From contig ADNK01000036.1 in the NCBI GenBank assembly GCA_000320545.1, positions 86,678 to 150,677 of the forward strand: DNA of 64,000 nt. The letters run 5' to 3'. The stretch is from Bigelowiella natans CCMP2755 (taxonomy: Eukaryota; Protista; Cercozoa). The position numbers were made by a program, and so were the translations under genes. Below the pieces are notes generated by a model. It was not told the DNA's origin. It worked only from the letters and a program-made list of their open reading frames with translations, and made no database searches. The number at the start of each line of letters is the position of its first letter. Position 1 is the first letter of the stretch. Below, piece by piece: positions 26,227 to 40,559 of the stretch.

Positions 26227-29200
26227 TCATGACAGTGCACATTTTTGGGCTCCAATATTTTCAGTACCACCCTTGCCGTTCTCTTTGGCGGAATTTGCGG
26301 CCAACTTGAAAAATCCCCATCGGGTGATATCCACAGTGCGCTTATCCTTGTTTGGGTATTTCTTCTTTATTCTTGCAATTTTCTTCTGCCTTTCTTCTTC
26401 TCCACCGAAGAGACGATCTTTAATGTGGATTATCTTTTTGGGTTTTGCCCTTATATAGCGGGGACTTATTGTGCTTTTTTGTGTTCCAATAGTCTCTTCT
26501 CTATCGTTGTCCTCCTTTTCATCATTAGAATAACCTTCATAATCTGAGTATCGAATTAGGTGCAGGAGTGATTTACGGCAAATAAGAGCCGGGGGATCAC
26601 TGTTAGTGGTGATTTTCTTCCTCCTCTCTCTCATATCTATCTCGAAGATTCCTGCTTCATCCATAACTTCGAGCATGTTCTGACAGAAAGCTGTCACTTT
26701 AAATTGCTCCTGATCCATAAATGGGAATTGCTCAAGCAGATCTACAGCTGTTGGCCTCTCTTTTGCGTTTTTGATAAAACAACTAGACACAAATCCGCGG
26801 AAATTATGACTCCATTCCTTTGCATCGCCCTCTTTCGGGGCCTTTTCTAACTTCATTTTATTGCCAAGCCTTGGAGCGGAACCATGAAGAATCTTATTTC
26901 TTAATTTTTTCAAATCATTTAGATGCGAATTTGGAGCTCTGCCTTCTGCCATCTCGATTGCAGTGATACCCAATGACCATATATCTCCCTTAACTGTTAC
27001 ATTTTTTCCTTCCCAAACCTCAGGTGGCATCCACGGGGGAGATCCTGCCTGTAGGCGAGGTTTATCTGCATCTTCGTGTGGCAAATCCTCTATCTCTACT
27101 TCGTCTGAAATACCGAAGTCACTAAGCTTGACGAATCCTTCAATCGTGAGAAGAATGTTAGCAGCTTTAATATCTTTATGAGCGATCTTTTTCTCATGAA
27201 GAAATGCCAAAGCACGTAGCACACAATGTAGAATGTAAGCAATATGTAGTTCTGTCATCAACGTTCTCATTCCCTGAATTAAGTCAAGGACAGACCCTCC
27301 TTCACAACACTCCATCACAATCCAGAGTTGCCCACGAGCATTTGGCCCACCATATCCTTGATACTTAACAATATTTGGATGTGCTTGCAGCCGGAAAAGA
27401 ACGTCCGTCTCCGCCATTCTCTTCTTCAAGGCAGAATGACCGATTCGCTTTTTGAAGATTTTTATCACACAAGGAGTTTTGTTTGCCAAATTTTTGTTAA
27501 TTGCCAGATGCACTTCACTAAATCCCCCTTCCCCGATAACGGAATTCTCTTTCGCACATGCGGTACACATCTGAAATCCACAACCCTTTACAGGACACAC
27601 GTGGATGATCTTACTGGATCCAGAACTCTTATTTTTGCATACCGAGCATCTAAAACGTTCGACTACATCTGGTTTCAACGTAATATCTATGCATTCCATC
27701 ACATGGCGCCTCTTACAATAGAACTCAAAGTGTTCTTCGAAAGATCCTTGCCATTTTAGATCATTATGAACGCGAAAAGCAGCACGTGTTCGCACTGGAA
27801 TCGAGATTTCGCTGTTAACCTCCCTCAAGTAACGAAACTGTCTGCGCCAATATTCCAGCTCCTTCTCCGTGTGGCACTCCAAGCTAACTACCGTTTCCTT
27901 ATTTCCACACTTGACGCGTAAGCCAATGGAATAGTAGGTGCCCTGAAAGGCGGGACACTTTTGGTCTTCTAAGAGCTGCATGTTCTTTAGTTTAAATATG
28001 GTTATGCTCCTTGGCGGCCGGCCGTTTAGAAAGAAGTCCGGTTCGCTCATAGAATGATTCTGGGAAGATCTCCTTCGTTTTATCTTTTCACTATGATCTA
28101 CTATTTGAGACTCCATGCGCTTCACCATATCCTTTTCATGTTTCTGACCTTTCTGTAGAAAATTTCCAACACCTTTCTCGAAGGTATCCAATTTGGCAGA
28201 TATTTTTCCTTCATGTCGGAGCGTATCTGCAATAGAGAGTAACTTCCAAGTTTCCAAGTTCTGGTACTTTCTCTCACGTGTGGTCGACTTACGCATCAAA
28301 GGGGGCGAATGCTCTGAGGGAGCTCTAGAGATTAGTTTTGTGCCTTTGAAACTACTGGTGATGATTGAGGATCTCGACAAACTAGAAGAATTGATGTCAT
28401 CAGTTCCCATCGTGCTGCTTCTGAATGCAAAAGTCCCAATCTCTTTCATCCTTACTGGATTTATTATTCTATATGGTAGAGTATCACATGGCGAAGGGAA
28501 TGAAGCCTCTAAACCACTTCGATATTTGCTATCGGCAGAAAGCTTGCTCTTCCTCTCGTTCGCAATTTCGGACAAAGAGCTTTGTCTCTCCCTCCTGCTG
28601 AGCAAAGTTTCGAACTTCCAAGGAGAGTGGGTTTTATATAAATGACTTGGCTTTCCCTTCCCCTCTAGAGACTGTTTTGGTGCGATGAGAATGGCATCTA
28701 AATTACTCGAACATCGTACATAACACGAGGGTATGACTCGGCAGTCCTTCCACCTGGAACCAATAAATACACGGGGGAATAAACCCCCCGACGTGAGGAT
28801 ACTTTTATGCCACTTCTCAGCAACCTTCTTATCGCAGGAGGAAACACGCATTTCTTCTTCACAAAGATCCTGATATTTCTTATCTAAGTCTATACTAGCT
28901 CTCCGACATGATTGGATGATCTTTTTGAGACGTGATATGCCGCAGTACCAATCCCAGACAATCTCTTTTGCAATGTCCTGTCCCTGCAATGTCGCTTCTC
29001 TCGTCAAAGACTCGGCAACAACTTTAATCTCCTCTCCAGTATTTTTGACATGAACAATGACGTTCGAAGGATTCTGAAAGTCACATCTTACAACGGTACC
29101 CTCAACGATTTGCCGATTTTTTCTGCGGTACACATTTACCTTCTCCCCAACTCTAACACAGGATTTATCGGGGACAAGATTGTAAATTGTAGATCGTGGT

Positions 29201-30025
29201 AGTGTCTTAAGGTTTTGAGGTTGGTTTTCGTGCAAAATTACTAAGGTTAAGACTTTCAGATTTTTGAATTCTGGTAGCGCTTTCGAGATGTCCTCAAGCT
29301 CCATACATGCAACGTTTGCTATTCTCACAGATTCTATTTTAACAACTTCTCCAATTTCGTCACCACGTACTTTGTTGATAAAAAGGTGACGTAAGTCCTA
29401 AAATTTAAAATTTCAGAAAAGTGTAACAGATTAGCCTGTTTATTATTCATAATTTACCTGGCTTAGATACATGTGCACTTTCTTTTTATTCCATCCGAAA
29501 AATCCCTACCAGGAAGCAATATTAGGAGTGTGTTCCAGAAAAACGAAAGAACTTGTAAAGTAAACCTCTCTCAAATCCACAAACCGCTGGCCACGTAACA
29601 AACGCTCTATTAATGGTCGCTGAGAAATAATATATTTATCATTGATAGGCATGTGCATTGATGATAGGAAACGCTACCTCGTGTCTCGGAACAGTGTGAA
29701 GCAAGCGAATGACAGGGTTTTGAGTTGACGGGTTTGCCACGAATTCAAAGGTGATGTCCGTGAACAAATCCGCATTTTTAGATGTCGGTCCATCCTTGAC
29801 TATCAACTTGATGTTGTCATTAGATTCTCTACGCTTCTCATTCTCATCGTTTTCTTCTGGAGCGCTGTCTTCAATACTGTCGTCATTTAGTTGAACACGA
29901 CTCTTTGAGTCGGAATAGGATCTGTGAAAAACACAGAATGTTTAAATTGTTACATTGCTGCTAGCTTATAAGTACAATTACCGAGAAGATGCTAACGACT
30001 TCTGATCTTCGTCTTCTGAAGTCAT
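26227..30025 (-). CDS. STE20-family (MAP4K/PAK-like) kinase with PH-like, CRIB-like and Cys-rich segments; 5' end uncertain (may extend to ~31009)
   Basis: 1033-aa ORF with GEGGFSEV, VIKIF, LWIVMECCEGGS, HKDIKAANILL, KLSDFGIS, GSPPWMPPE and DIWSLGITAIEMAEGRAP (STE20 signature). Short upstream exons at 29400-30025. Confidence 0.88.
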
Positions 30026-31036
30026 TCCACGTATATTTTCGGATTTTTTTAAACCGAGTTCTTTTATGCAAAATTATTAATTCTTGCGTGCTTTATAATG
30101 TAGAATTTCTTCGGCAACCCAGTCTTCAGTATGAATGGTGCACACTGGAACCTTCTCCTATTTTCCTTCCTCGCAGCTCAAATCTGACTTGACAGGGCAA
30201 CCTCGAAGAAAAGGTACAAAGAACGAGACAAACAGGTAGGGTCATCCTTCTTTTAACCCACTTCTCCCGAACGTCCCCATTCCGTTGACCATATTAATGG
30301 ATCACCTCTTTCAAGCCTGCGGAATAAGAGCAGTCGCTGCGGATAGTGAATATGGGTAGCCATCCCCACCCTCTAGGTTCACTTGATAAGATAAGTGTGC
30401 TGGACTGAAGGGGGACTTCGTTCGATTTAGACCTCTTATTTGAAGACGCAGGCATAAAAGAGAGGGCCACGTTTCTAGAAATCGGAAGTTACGACCTGTC
30501 ACATCAAGAGTCTTGTCGAGTGTCGGAAGGAAAACTGGACATCCTAGGACATCCGAACGACGCCAAGACGTCCTACGCATCTATTTCCAGAAATTTCGGA
30601 ATTGGTGGATTCCTGATGTTGTCGTTAGGTAAAAGTGCATGCGCTGTATTCTATTTGCCCGTAAATTGTAAAACTCCCTGTTCTCATGGCCGCTTTTTGA
30701 AAAACTTACCAGCATTTTTGTATTTTTCTCCATGATTTATCGCCATCACTACGGGTACGACATGTTATTACAGATAGGCGCCAAATTATTAACACAATAT
30801 TAAAAAAAAAGGTAAAAAAACGCTGGCGACACGTTAAATGAACAAGGACTATTGGAGTCTGCGACAACATGATTCTGTTCAAGTAACATTGAAGTAGCCA
30901 GGTCAGCTTTGGTATTCTCAAAGAAATCTAATCCCCGTCGGTTATTCTCGAATACCGGGTAATTATGCTGGATGATTTCAGATAATTTTTCAGCAGTTGA
31001 TCGCTGCATGGCAAGCTGATAAGTTTCACTCCCAAA

Positions 31037-33638
31037 ATGGTACGACTACGATGGGGTCCGGCGCTCCTCGTTCTTGCCACGAAGCTGATGCTTTCATCTG
31101 CATTACAAACTTCGTTGGATCATATTTCATCCAAATCCAGGTCGTGTAATATGCAGAAATTGTAACGAAGTGACACCGAATTGAGTGAATGCTTTGTATG
31201 TGAACAGGGCACTGGAATCGGTGTTACTGGACATCCACGTGGATGACTACAGTAATTCTTTCTCGAGCAATAACTTTTTTACTGTCATTAATTCTCGTAT
31301 TATCTACTAGGAAAAGTTGATTTGATGGATAAGGACTTCAATGAATATCTCCCACACGGTACGATAGCTGTTGCTTTCCCCCCAATCAAACCTGGAATAA
31401 TCATTCATACGTGGTGACAATGTGCCTCTGCCTTTGATGATCACGTAGCATCAGAAATGGCAACCCATCCAAATCTTCCTGAGGCAGACGAATTCAAAAG
31501 GCATCTTGGGTAAGTCACAGCGTGACGTATTTCTTGTTTTCAACAGTCAAATTCATTTTGAGTGTTGTTCGTCAGGTATCTTCTGAGTTCCAGATGCTCG
31601 CAGCCGCAGAGACTTACTTCCACATTAAATTTTGGTGGCTTTGGCTCAATGCTGCACTCATCGATCAAACCAATTATGTGGGGTATGTCATAGATCCATC
31701 TCCTAACATGTCCAACAGTCGCATCATCCCGCACTCACTTTACCTATCTCAAATACATTTCAGGAATGAAGTACGGATATTGCATGAACCTAAATTTTGA
31801 CAATTTCGTTTACGGAAAATCGAAGGACTACTTCCAGCAAAACTTCCCAAACGACACGAACGCTTTCTCCCCACCAGCAGGTCAGTGACCAGTTCTTCGG
31901 ACATCAGCAGCAGTCTCTCATGATTCCGATCTTGACCTAATATTTTGTCCTTTATGCCACAGATTCTTTTGATAGGATACCAGATTGCCGCACTGATCTC
32001 GAGGCCCAAAATGTCCGCGCAGATCGTTTTGATGTTCCCCTCGATGCTCAAGAATCATATGTTGCATCTGATGGAGGTATTATCCTCAAACGATAAGCTT
32101 ACATTTCAAAAATGGTCTTGGGAACCATTCTAAAAAATATATATTTTAATGCAGAGGAGGAACATCCATGTTTAAGAGAACTGCCAATGCTTGAGCAAAA
32201 GTCGGAGGAATTTATGCCAAAGGTGTTGCTTTTTATACTGACGAGGTTTAAACTTGCATAACTAACTTGTTTTGTTGTAGTTATTTCGCGGACAACCAGC
32301 GTTCTTTGCTGTCAGCAACATATTCCACGCTCTATTTTCTCCTTCTAGTTTGATGGAAAGGAAGCTTACAGGTAACATTCTACAATATTTACGGGCTGAG
32401 TGAATGACATTCTCCATCTTTGCAAACATAGATAACGCTGCATATGAACACTCGCTCCATCATAGCTAATTTTTGTCTTCCACTTCCGTACTGACGACTA
32501 CAATGATGACAGAAATGAAGAAAAGAATTAACTGGCCTTCAGACCGTAAAGTTCTCGGCCTCCATGTTCGATTAGGAGACGCATGTAATCATAATGCATA
32601 ATTGAACATGATACAACAGATGCGTGAACTCAAATTAAATGTCTGAAGTGCGACGCGAAATGATAGTGATGTATCCTCTTTGTGCTAGGCTCCGATGAGA
32701 CTCAAACATGGAGGGGAATAACGTGTTACCCGTTAAGCCGTTTCATGGGAAAGGTGTGGACATTGGAATGCGAATCTTCAGCGTTCAGCACAATACTGAA
32801 TATGAGATGAGATTAGATGAGAGATGAGAGGAGAGAATCATAACCCTTCTTACAAAGGCCTATTTTTCTCACACATTGCAAAAATCTAAATCCAACCCTA
32901 ATCGCCGCTCCTTAGTGAAGGAAGTTACCAAATTGTACGGCATTAAAGATATATTCCTAGTCTCGGAGAGCAATAGCACCTTCCAAGAAGCTCAGAAGTA
33001 AGCAGCAAAACCTCAAGCATTAGTTTTTCTTGAAAGTTTAGCGCGTATTTTCGTCCGCACGATTACATTTTAATCTTTCACCGCTACCATCATCTCAGTT
33101 ATCCTGAATTCAACTGGATAACGAACGGAGCTCCGCCACCAATCCCAGCAAATGTCGGCATAGAACAAGCGCTTCTCGGCAAAAAGTCTACTGGGAAAGA
33201 GGTAAATTTCAGTGATGATATTCATCGTTGTTAACGTGGTCATGATTGTGTATCATCAAGAGATTTCGCAATGTCAAAATTGGGTGTTGATCTTGCTGTG
33301 TATGCTTCCATCTTCCTACTTGCCCAAAGGTTGGAGAACGGTGGTACTTGGAGATGATGCTAATGGCGGAGTCCCACGCGATGATCGGTACTCTAACAAA
33401 ACAGGAGATTAAGAAAAACGATAATCGCAAATCCAGCTTAACTGCCTCGATATATCAGATTTATTATTATTGGCAATTTAAAGCACTCATCCTATTGACA
33501 CAGGAAAATTCTCAAGCAACTTCTTTCGTGCAGCTCTGGAGTTTAACTTCGGTAACTTCGCTAGAAGTGGCACAGTTGATGAAACATAGAATACAATTTG
33601 TGTGTTCTACTTTGAAATTTATACATGTGGAATATGTC

Positions 33639-33678
<40 letters not shown>

Positions 33679-34106
33679 ACACACATACATAAATATTTAT
33701 ACATAAATTATAAAAACACATAAATACTATCACAGGTTCAACACATAGCTTGAAGCCATACGTTAGCATGGATTCTTCATGGTGAGAGACTACACTAAGT
33801 CTTCTTTTCTCTTGAAACAAGTTGTAATTCTCACAAGAATCGTGCTGACATAAAGCGTTTTGAATTGATACAAAGGTGCTTTGGGTTTGGCGAGCTTCAT
33901 CCACTGATTAAATCTGTTTCTGATGAGGTACGGGATCAATGACATGCATCGATAAAAATTGCTTGACATGCGGTTTCTGCAGATCGAAGAAGCATTCCAA
34001 CCGGAAGGCCAAAGAGTTTACTCGGATAGGCACAAATTTATATGCTGATGAATGAGCGGCATGATTTTAGATGGTTCACGATTGCGCAGACCATCTGAAG
34101 ATTTAG
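31037..34106 (+). CDS. Alpha-1,6-fucosyltransferase-like glycosyltransferase (FUT8/NodZ, GT23-like), multi-exon, N-terminal signal peptide/anchor
   Basis: Exons give VLGLHVRLGDAC (motif I), IKDIFLVSES (motif II), MAESHAMIG|KFSSNFFRAALE (motif III) and KPYVSMDSSW|CF. The N-terminus is MVRLRWGPALLVLATKLMLSSA. The 3' end is approximate. Confidence 0.75.
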
Positions 34107-35397
34107 TTTAATTTTAAGATTGGGAAGGACTCTGACTTAGTAACAGCCTAACCAATTATTACTTTATTAATCGTTTTTACTCGCGACATTACATTTAGAG
34201 TATAATTAGTATCAAGTTAAGCCACTGAAACAAGAAAATTTCGAGAAAGAGTGGTTGTGTGAGCACATTGATGAATGATGCATCTTGCTTGTTAGCATCA
34301 TCAGCACATTCATAGTGTTTTCCATGATGATGAATTGTGCTGTAAAAATCTGGAAGCGGGCATGTGTGCGCGGACTGATGTCGCCTCAGTTCAAAGCCCT
34401 GTGCATGGTCTGCATGTTGTGCAATACTTTGGGACGTCTAGACGTACGTTGCCAGATGAAGTGACATACATGTACTGATTCGAACATGATGACAATTACT
34501 ATGCTCATTACGAACAAGCTTCGCTCGTATTTCTCTGACAGATCAAGCAACGTTTGCTAGCACTCGCTAGCTCGGGTGTGTTGAACTGTTCTGATCCGAT
34601 CCACAGCGATGCCATACAACGGAGTTGATATGACAGCACAGCATGGCAATGCGATGCAGCAAGGCGCTGCACAAGCGTGGTGTGCCAATGTCAGTGCATG
34701 CGTGTGTCAAGATGGTCGTCGGACACGTGCAAGGAGCGCGATCGACTTGTCACGTGCGCGCACGTGTGCGAACCACGCTTGCACGTGATGAACATTCTAG
34801 CTATGCGATGCCGTCGTCTCTGTTGAATCGTGCTATAGTGCCACGCTAGCAGTACGCGCGCAGCAACAATGAGCGCTCTGGCAAACTAGCAAGCTTCTAG
34901 CTAGCTGATGCTCGAGCACAAATGATGATCCCGACGTACATCTAGACATGCTAGCACTGCAGCTAACTTGCTAGACAGCTAGTGCTGCCATTTGCGTAGA
35001 TTGCCGTAAACTAGTTTTCGACTTGCTGTCATGCGCGTGCGATCTAGCGATTGTAGGCTATGCGCATTACTCGATCGAGGTGCCATTCTAGCATTCGCAT
35101 CCTCATCGATCATGGCGTCACTAGCTAGCTAGATCATCCAGTCATGCTATAGCTAGCATCGTGCACACCGTGTCTGTCTGTCACACTGTCTAGCTGTCAC
35201 TGACCCATTCTTCGACCGTGTGGAAGAGTTGCCCCGCGTGCGCTAGCTCAGCGATGCACTGCTATTTAGAATGTGCATTACTTCATGCTTATGCTTATTA
35301 CAGCACCCACCACATTTGCAGTGCACACAGCGTGGCGTGTAGGCGGGATTTGCGCCTACATCTCTACATGCCAGGATGCATACGAGCAGTATTTTTT

Positions 35398-36253
35398 TCA
35401 CGATGAGCTAGATTCTTTCCTTTTGCATCTCATGATAAGCCCATCTGCTGCAGAAGGTACGTTCGAATCTATCGGCGAAGAAAGAATTTCATCACCATCA
35501 TTGTAGTTACTACTGTTATCCATTTCGCTGTGGCCTTCATCATGGACTGCAACATTGTCAAGGTATTCCCCCTATTTTCAGTTAGTAATGTGGTCATAAT
35601 CACTCACAGTCTGATACACACAAGAAGTCTATAAGAAAAATTTAAACATCGATGTACTTACATTTTCACTGTGAGGCAACTTGCGGAAAAGCTGCTTATT
35701 ATTTGCAGAAGGTAAGAGCTCCAGCTCAGAGTTCCCGTTTACCTCTATGTTGCCATCGTCTCGATCTTTGAAGCATTGCCAGTATACAGTACCCAATAGA
35801 ATCACGAGCGCAGGGACAACAACCCCAGCAATTGCGCCCCCGATTATTCCTAATAAAAGAATCCTTATAAAACTTACAGAAACTATGTTAGGGGATGATA
35901 ACAGGTATTATTGACCTTCTATTCCAATATCTCCAAATTTTTTATGTCTATTTTGCGGGTCCTTTGAATCTTCAGTACTATTTCTGCTGTCGGTAGCGTT
36001 CAACGGCGTGGTGTTAGTATCAGCGCCAAATGAATAGGCCATCGTTTGTGATGATGATGCCAAAGTTGAAAGCACCAACACCACTCGACCAACGCAAAGT
36101 GGTGTGCCTTCGCTTGCATTGCGAAAACGGCGGAACTAATGAAAGCAACAGTTGAGAATCAATCGTAAAGCATATCTTCATACGCCAACGTACCGTCCCC
36201 AGAAGAAGTGCAATCAAGGCTAGCACACGGTTGCAGCAGCCCGGAGTCGACAT
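35398..36253 (-). CDS. Small single-pass (type I) membrane protein, unknown function
   Basis: MSTPGCCNRVLALIALLLGT|FRRF.. in-frame splice; S/T/N-rich ectodomain with N-glycosylation sequons; TM segment GIIGGAIAGVVVPALVILLGTVYW; acidic tail. Confidence 0.7.
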
Positions 36254-37168
36254 CAGCGTTTCAACCGCCTGGTGCTACCAGCCGATCGATGCTACTCTTC
36301 GGCGGAGTTATTCGTCGCCGGATGGTGTGAATCCATTGTGGCAAGCCATTTGGAAGGCAAGGATCGACGAACTTGATGCACACATCCACACAAACACACA
36401 CACACACTAAGCACACGTGCTCGTGGCACACAGCACGGACGATTTCTTCTGTTCCGCCGAACCCCGGCAATATGAGCGCGACGACATCCGTGGGGATCAT
36501 CTGAATAACTCGACGGCGACAAGAGGGCTCTGCGCGATCAGAAAGTCTGCCCAATTGATGTCGCAGGCTTAAAATTCCCTTCGTTTTCAGCACCGATGCA
36601 CAATCGGACCAACCTGTTGGACCTGCTCCAGACCTGCATTTCCAGTCAGGCTGCTTAAATTCAGAGCCATATGGCGGACATTAAATTGTCGTCCATTAAA
36701 AAAGAATGTGGTTTTTGTATTGAATGCAATTGGAGCAGCGGACATTATATCTTAAAGGCTCCAGGCGGACACGAGAGCTGCTGGCCACCGCCGGAATGGA
36801 AACGCACCAGCCCCTGCCGAGGCATCCTCTCACAGAGGAGGAGAAGGGTCGATGCAAAAAACTATCAAATTTAGTAGCGTTATGAAGATTTAGCCTGCCT
36901 CGGGGCGTTTCGGGTGACTCTATCCCAAGGGGGGGGGGACACTAGTTGGTTGCACAGATGTCGATTTTGGTGACGAGTAGATGCTTGCACGCAAGAATCT
37001 TCATCACGGCGTGCCAGACATCTTTTCATATTTGAAAAACGATGGTTTGAGGAAGGAAGCTACTCGCTGCTAGCCATTTCCTTCGTCCTACCTTTCTCGG
37101 CGTTCAGAAATCATTTTGCTATTCCCATGCGCATTTTCTGCTGCGCAACTGATGATTATGTTTTCAGC

Positions 37169-40100
37169 TGAGGTAAGAAATAATTGGCGATTCGCGGCGG
37201 TAATGCAATTTTTCGGTTTCTACTGGAGGGTGCACACGGACGGGGAGAGACTGTATAGGTGCTGCAGGGACTTCACAGCAATGGTGATAACATCATCAAC
37301 ACTCCTAATACAGACCACCACATCATTTGGGGAAACAAAAAGATCTGTAGAAATTCTTATTTACGATGAGGGTAGGATTGATATGGTAGAGAGTTCAGTT
37401 GTTTAATCGTTGCAATCATATCCTTCCGTCATTCCGCCATGGCAGAAAGTTAAACTTGGGGAACCGAAACGGCTTCCCGCCAAAACTTTGAGAGAGACAT
37501 GGAACAATATTTTGTACACACGCCTGACCAAGTTAACTCGTTTAGGATTTCGAGTACGCAGTTGTGAGACCTCTGTCAGGCGATCTGATGAAAGATATCG
37601 TTACTTCGCTCGTTAACGATGGAGAGTCACAGCGGAAATTTAAGTAAGTGTCACAATTGTTCTGGGCGATATCCCTTGTACAGTGCAAAACATATTCATG
37701 AAGTTATTGTGAGAGGAAGAGACGCTACTTGGCCTTAGCAATTAAGGGGATTGCACAACTTAACTGCATCCTTATGCTGCCGGCAGATTTAGAGACTGGC
37801 ATGAGGACCTGGTGAAGACGTTGGAGAAATTTTGGCCGACGATTGACAGTGAAGAGCTAGCACATCCTCTGTGTACTTCAGAGAAGAACTTGCACTTCGA
37901 CTCTCTATCCTCGACCGATCGACTCGAGATCTTGTACTGGTTGTGCTTTCGACTGATTAGCACTTCCGAGGATTTCCAACAGAGAATTCGAGGAAACAAG
38001 ATCGATAGCGACGACATGCGGGCAGATTTATTGGGTCGATTTTTTTGAGTCACTTTTCACGTTTTTGGCCCTTATTGTATCCCCCATAGAAGGAAACATG
38101 TATACGATATCTGAAGGAAACATTGTTGTTGATCATATAAATTTCACCGGGCAATGTCGTACAATAACTGCTGTTGCAACAATTTCTTAACATTCCAGGA
38201 GCTGAGAGTAGTTTCGTAGATAGATACCTCCTATAATAACTAGTAATGGTTGTGTGACCTGCATCGTCGTGACCTCCTCGTCGTGAATATACGTCCTTTT
38301 CCCAGGAAAAGACGGAAAGGGCAACCGATATTTTGGTGTATTCAACGACAACTGGATCTTCAGGGAGCACAAAGATGCCCCAAAATGGAACAGGGATCGT
38401 GACGTGCTCCCAAACCCACAGCAGGATGAAGAGGAGGACGAAGGTACGATCTACTTCATTGTTGCTGTTGTTGTTGTTGCTAATAATTTCAGACATAACA
38501 AATTCGAAAAATAAGTAAATGTGATATGAGGGGGGGGGGGGAAGCATCACCAACTGCACTTCTTTTGGCTGTTCCTCCTCTCATAAACACCGTTGTGCTG
38601 CTCTGGTTGCTTCATGATCACCTTGTAAGAATCTGACGACGGCTGGACCGTAGTGTGCACAAACGAAGACGAGATTCAGGAGTGGACGAAGGAACTAGAG
38701 GAGGAGGTCAAGATGGCTGAGAAGACCAAGAAGAAGAAAAAAAAGGGAAAGTCGCGAAGCAGAAAGAGGTCATCGGGGACCACACCTGCCGCCGTCTCTT
38801 TCTCGGAGACACAAAAGAGAGACCAGAGAGAGCTGGTGGAAGAAGTCATTGAAGAGTTTATGCCAAGAGTAGCGCCTTACGTAAAGGATGCAGAGAGAAA
38901 AAAGGCTCTCAGGAATGCTCCAAGGAAACGGTCGTCGCGCTTAGCCATGAAGGAAGAAGAAGATGCACGCAAGGCAGCGGAAGCGGAGGCGATAGCCGAG
39001 CGAAAACGGCGTGAGGACGAGAAGAGAGAGAAGGAACGACAAGAAAGAGCCCGACAGCGTAAACTTAAAGAGATGGAACTGAAGAAGAAGAGAGAGAAGG
39101 AGGCCGCCGATCGTGCGAAGGAGGAACGCGTTTTACGTATGCAAAAGCGCAGGGAACAGCTCGAGCAGCAAAAGATCCAACAGCAGAAGGCGAGGGAGAA
39201 ACGAATGTTTGTTCGCCAGAAGAGAGAGGCCGCCATGCTGGAAGAGGCAATGGCTGCTTCGCTCGAGGAGGACAAGGGAAAAGAGGAAGAAAAAGAACAA
39301 CATTTAAAGCGATCACAAAGACCTCGACGGCCTAAGCGGCCGAATAATAACGATGACTTTTACTACGGGGATGATGATAATTACAATGATGATGGAGATT
39401 ATATTTACGGTAACGAGCTCGATGATAAACCTCCTGTCCCACCACCTAGGAAGCGGGGAGGCAAGAGGCGAAGGAATGACAGTGGTAAGAAGGTGGGGGT
39501 GAGTAGTGACGTTGCGACCGCGAGTAACGGCAAATTATACAATGGCAACGAACGGAAACAACATGCAGATGATGCAGCAGTCATAAGCTCTCTCGCGGCG
39601 ATGGCATCTTGTTCGCAACGCAATAATGCTGCTGCTGCAAGTTCTGGAGAAGCCATGGTTGCTGCTCCTCCCTCCGTCGCTGGCAACCCAACCACAATGA
39701 CGATGAAGCATGACAACATTGTGAGAGGGCAAAGTCAACGATATCAGCAGCATGTGGTTCCCATGAGGCAGCAGCACCATCAGCAGCAGCAGCCTTACGT
39801 GAGTGATATTTATTTTCACCTCTCTCCTCTCTGTTGATGATTCTTCCACCCTTTTATGTTTTCAGGTAAATCAACATCTTCACACTCCGCAGTATTCTTC
39901 CCCGACCCACCCCCCCTACAATGCAAACCCTGTCATCAATGTCCAGAAACAGCCGCAACTGGTACAGAATACAAGTCAAGAACATGCTTATCGGCTGTCG
40001 ATTCTTCAACATCAACAACAGCAGCAACAACAACAACGCCAACTACAGCAGGAGCTGCAAAATCGGATGTACTTTCAGCAGCAGCAACAGTTACTTCATC

Positions 40101-40482
40101 GTGCACAGATGCAAAATCGATTACAACGATTGGAGATGGAGAAGTTACAGGCAATGCAGCAGCAGCGGCACCACCAGGTTACACTTGGTGTGATGCCATT
40201 AACTGACCTTGTCTGCATGTGATGTTCGTGGGCATTGTGTATCACATTTCTACGAGAATGCTTTGTGGGTTCGTGCGAGCACATCTAGACGTGACATCGG
40301 TATGACCAATCTCTCATTGTTTGAAACAGGCACTCTCACTGGCATCAAGGAATGCCATGACAATTGGGCATCAGCGACAGCAACAGCAACAGCAACAGCA
40401 ACAACAACAGCAGCATCAGGATCAATTCCCAGGAGGAGTCATCAGCCGGAATCTTCAGCTGCAACAACCGCCGAGGCAATAG
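37169..40482 (+). CDS. DDT/WHIM-domain ISWI-associated protein (RSF1/CECR2/DDR-like) with coiled coil and Q-rich tail; start uncertain
   Basis: VRNNWRFAAVMQFF (DDT-like), FDSLSSTDRLEILYWLC (WHIM1), LLG|KDGKGNRYF (WHIM2), WTVVCTNEDEIQEW (WHIM3), PRKRSSRL, K/E/R coiled coil, poly-Q final exons. Confidence 0.75.
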
Positions 40483-40559
40483 CAGACAGATCGTTCTGGT
40501 AGATGAGTAATCTTTTGTGACGTACAGTCCTAGAGTCATGGAACAAAATGTCTAAATGA

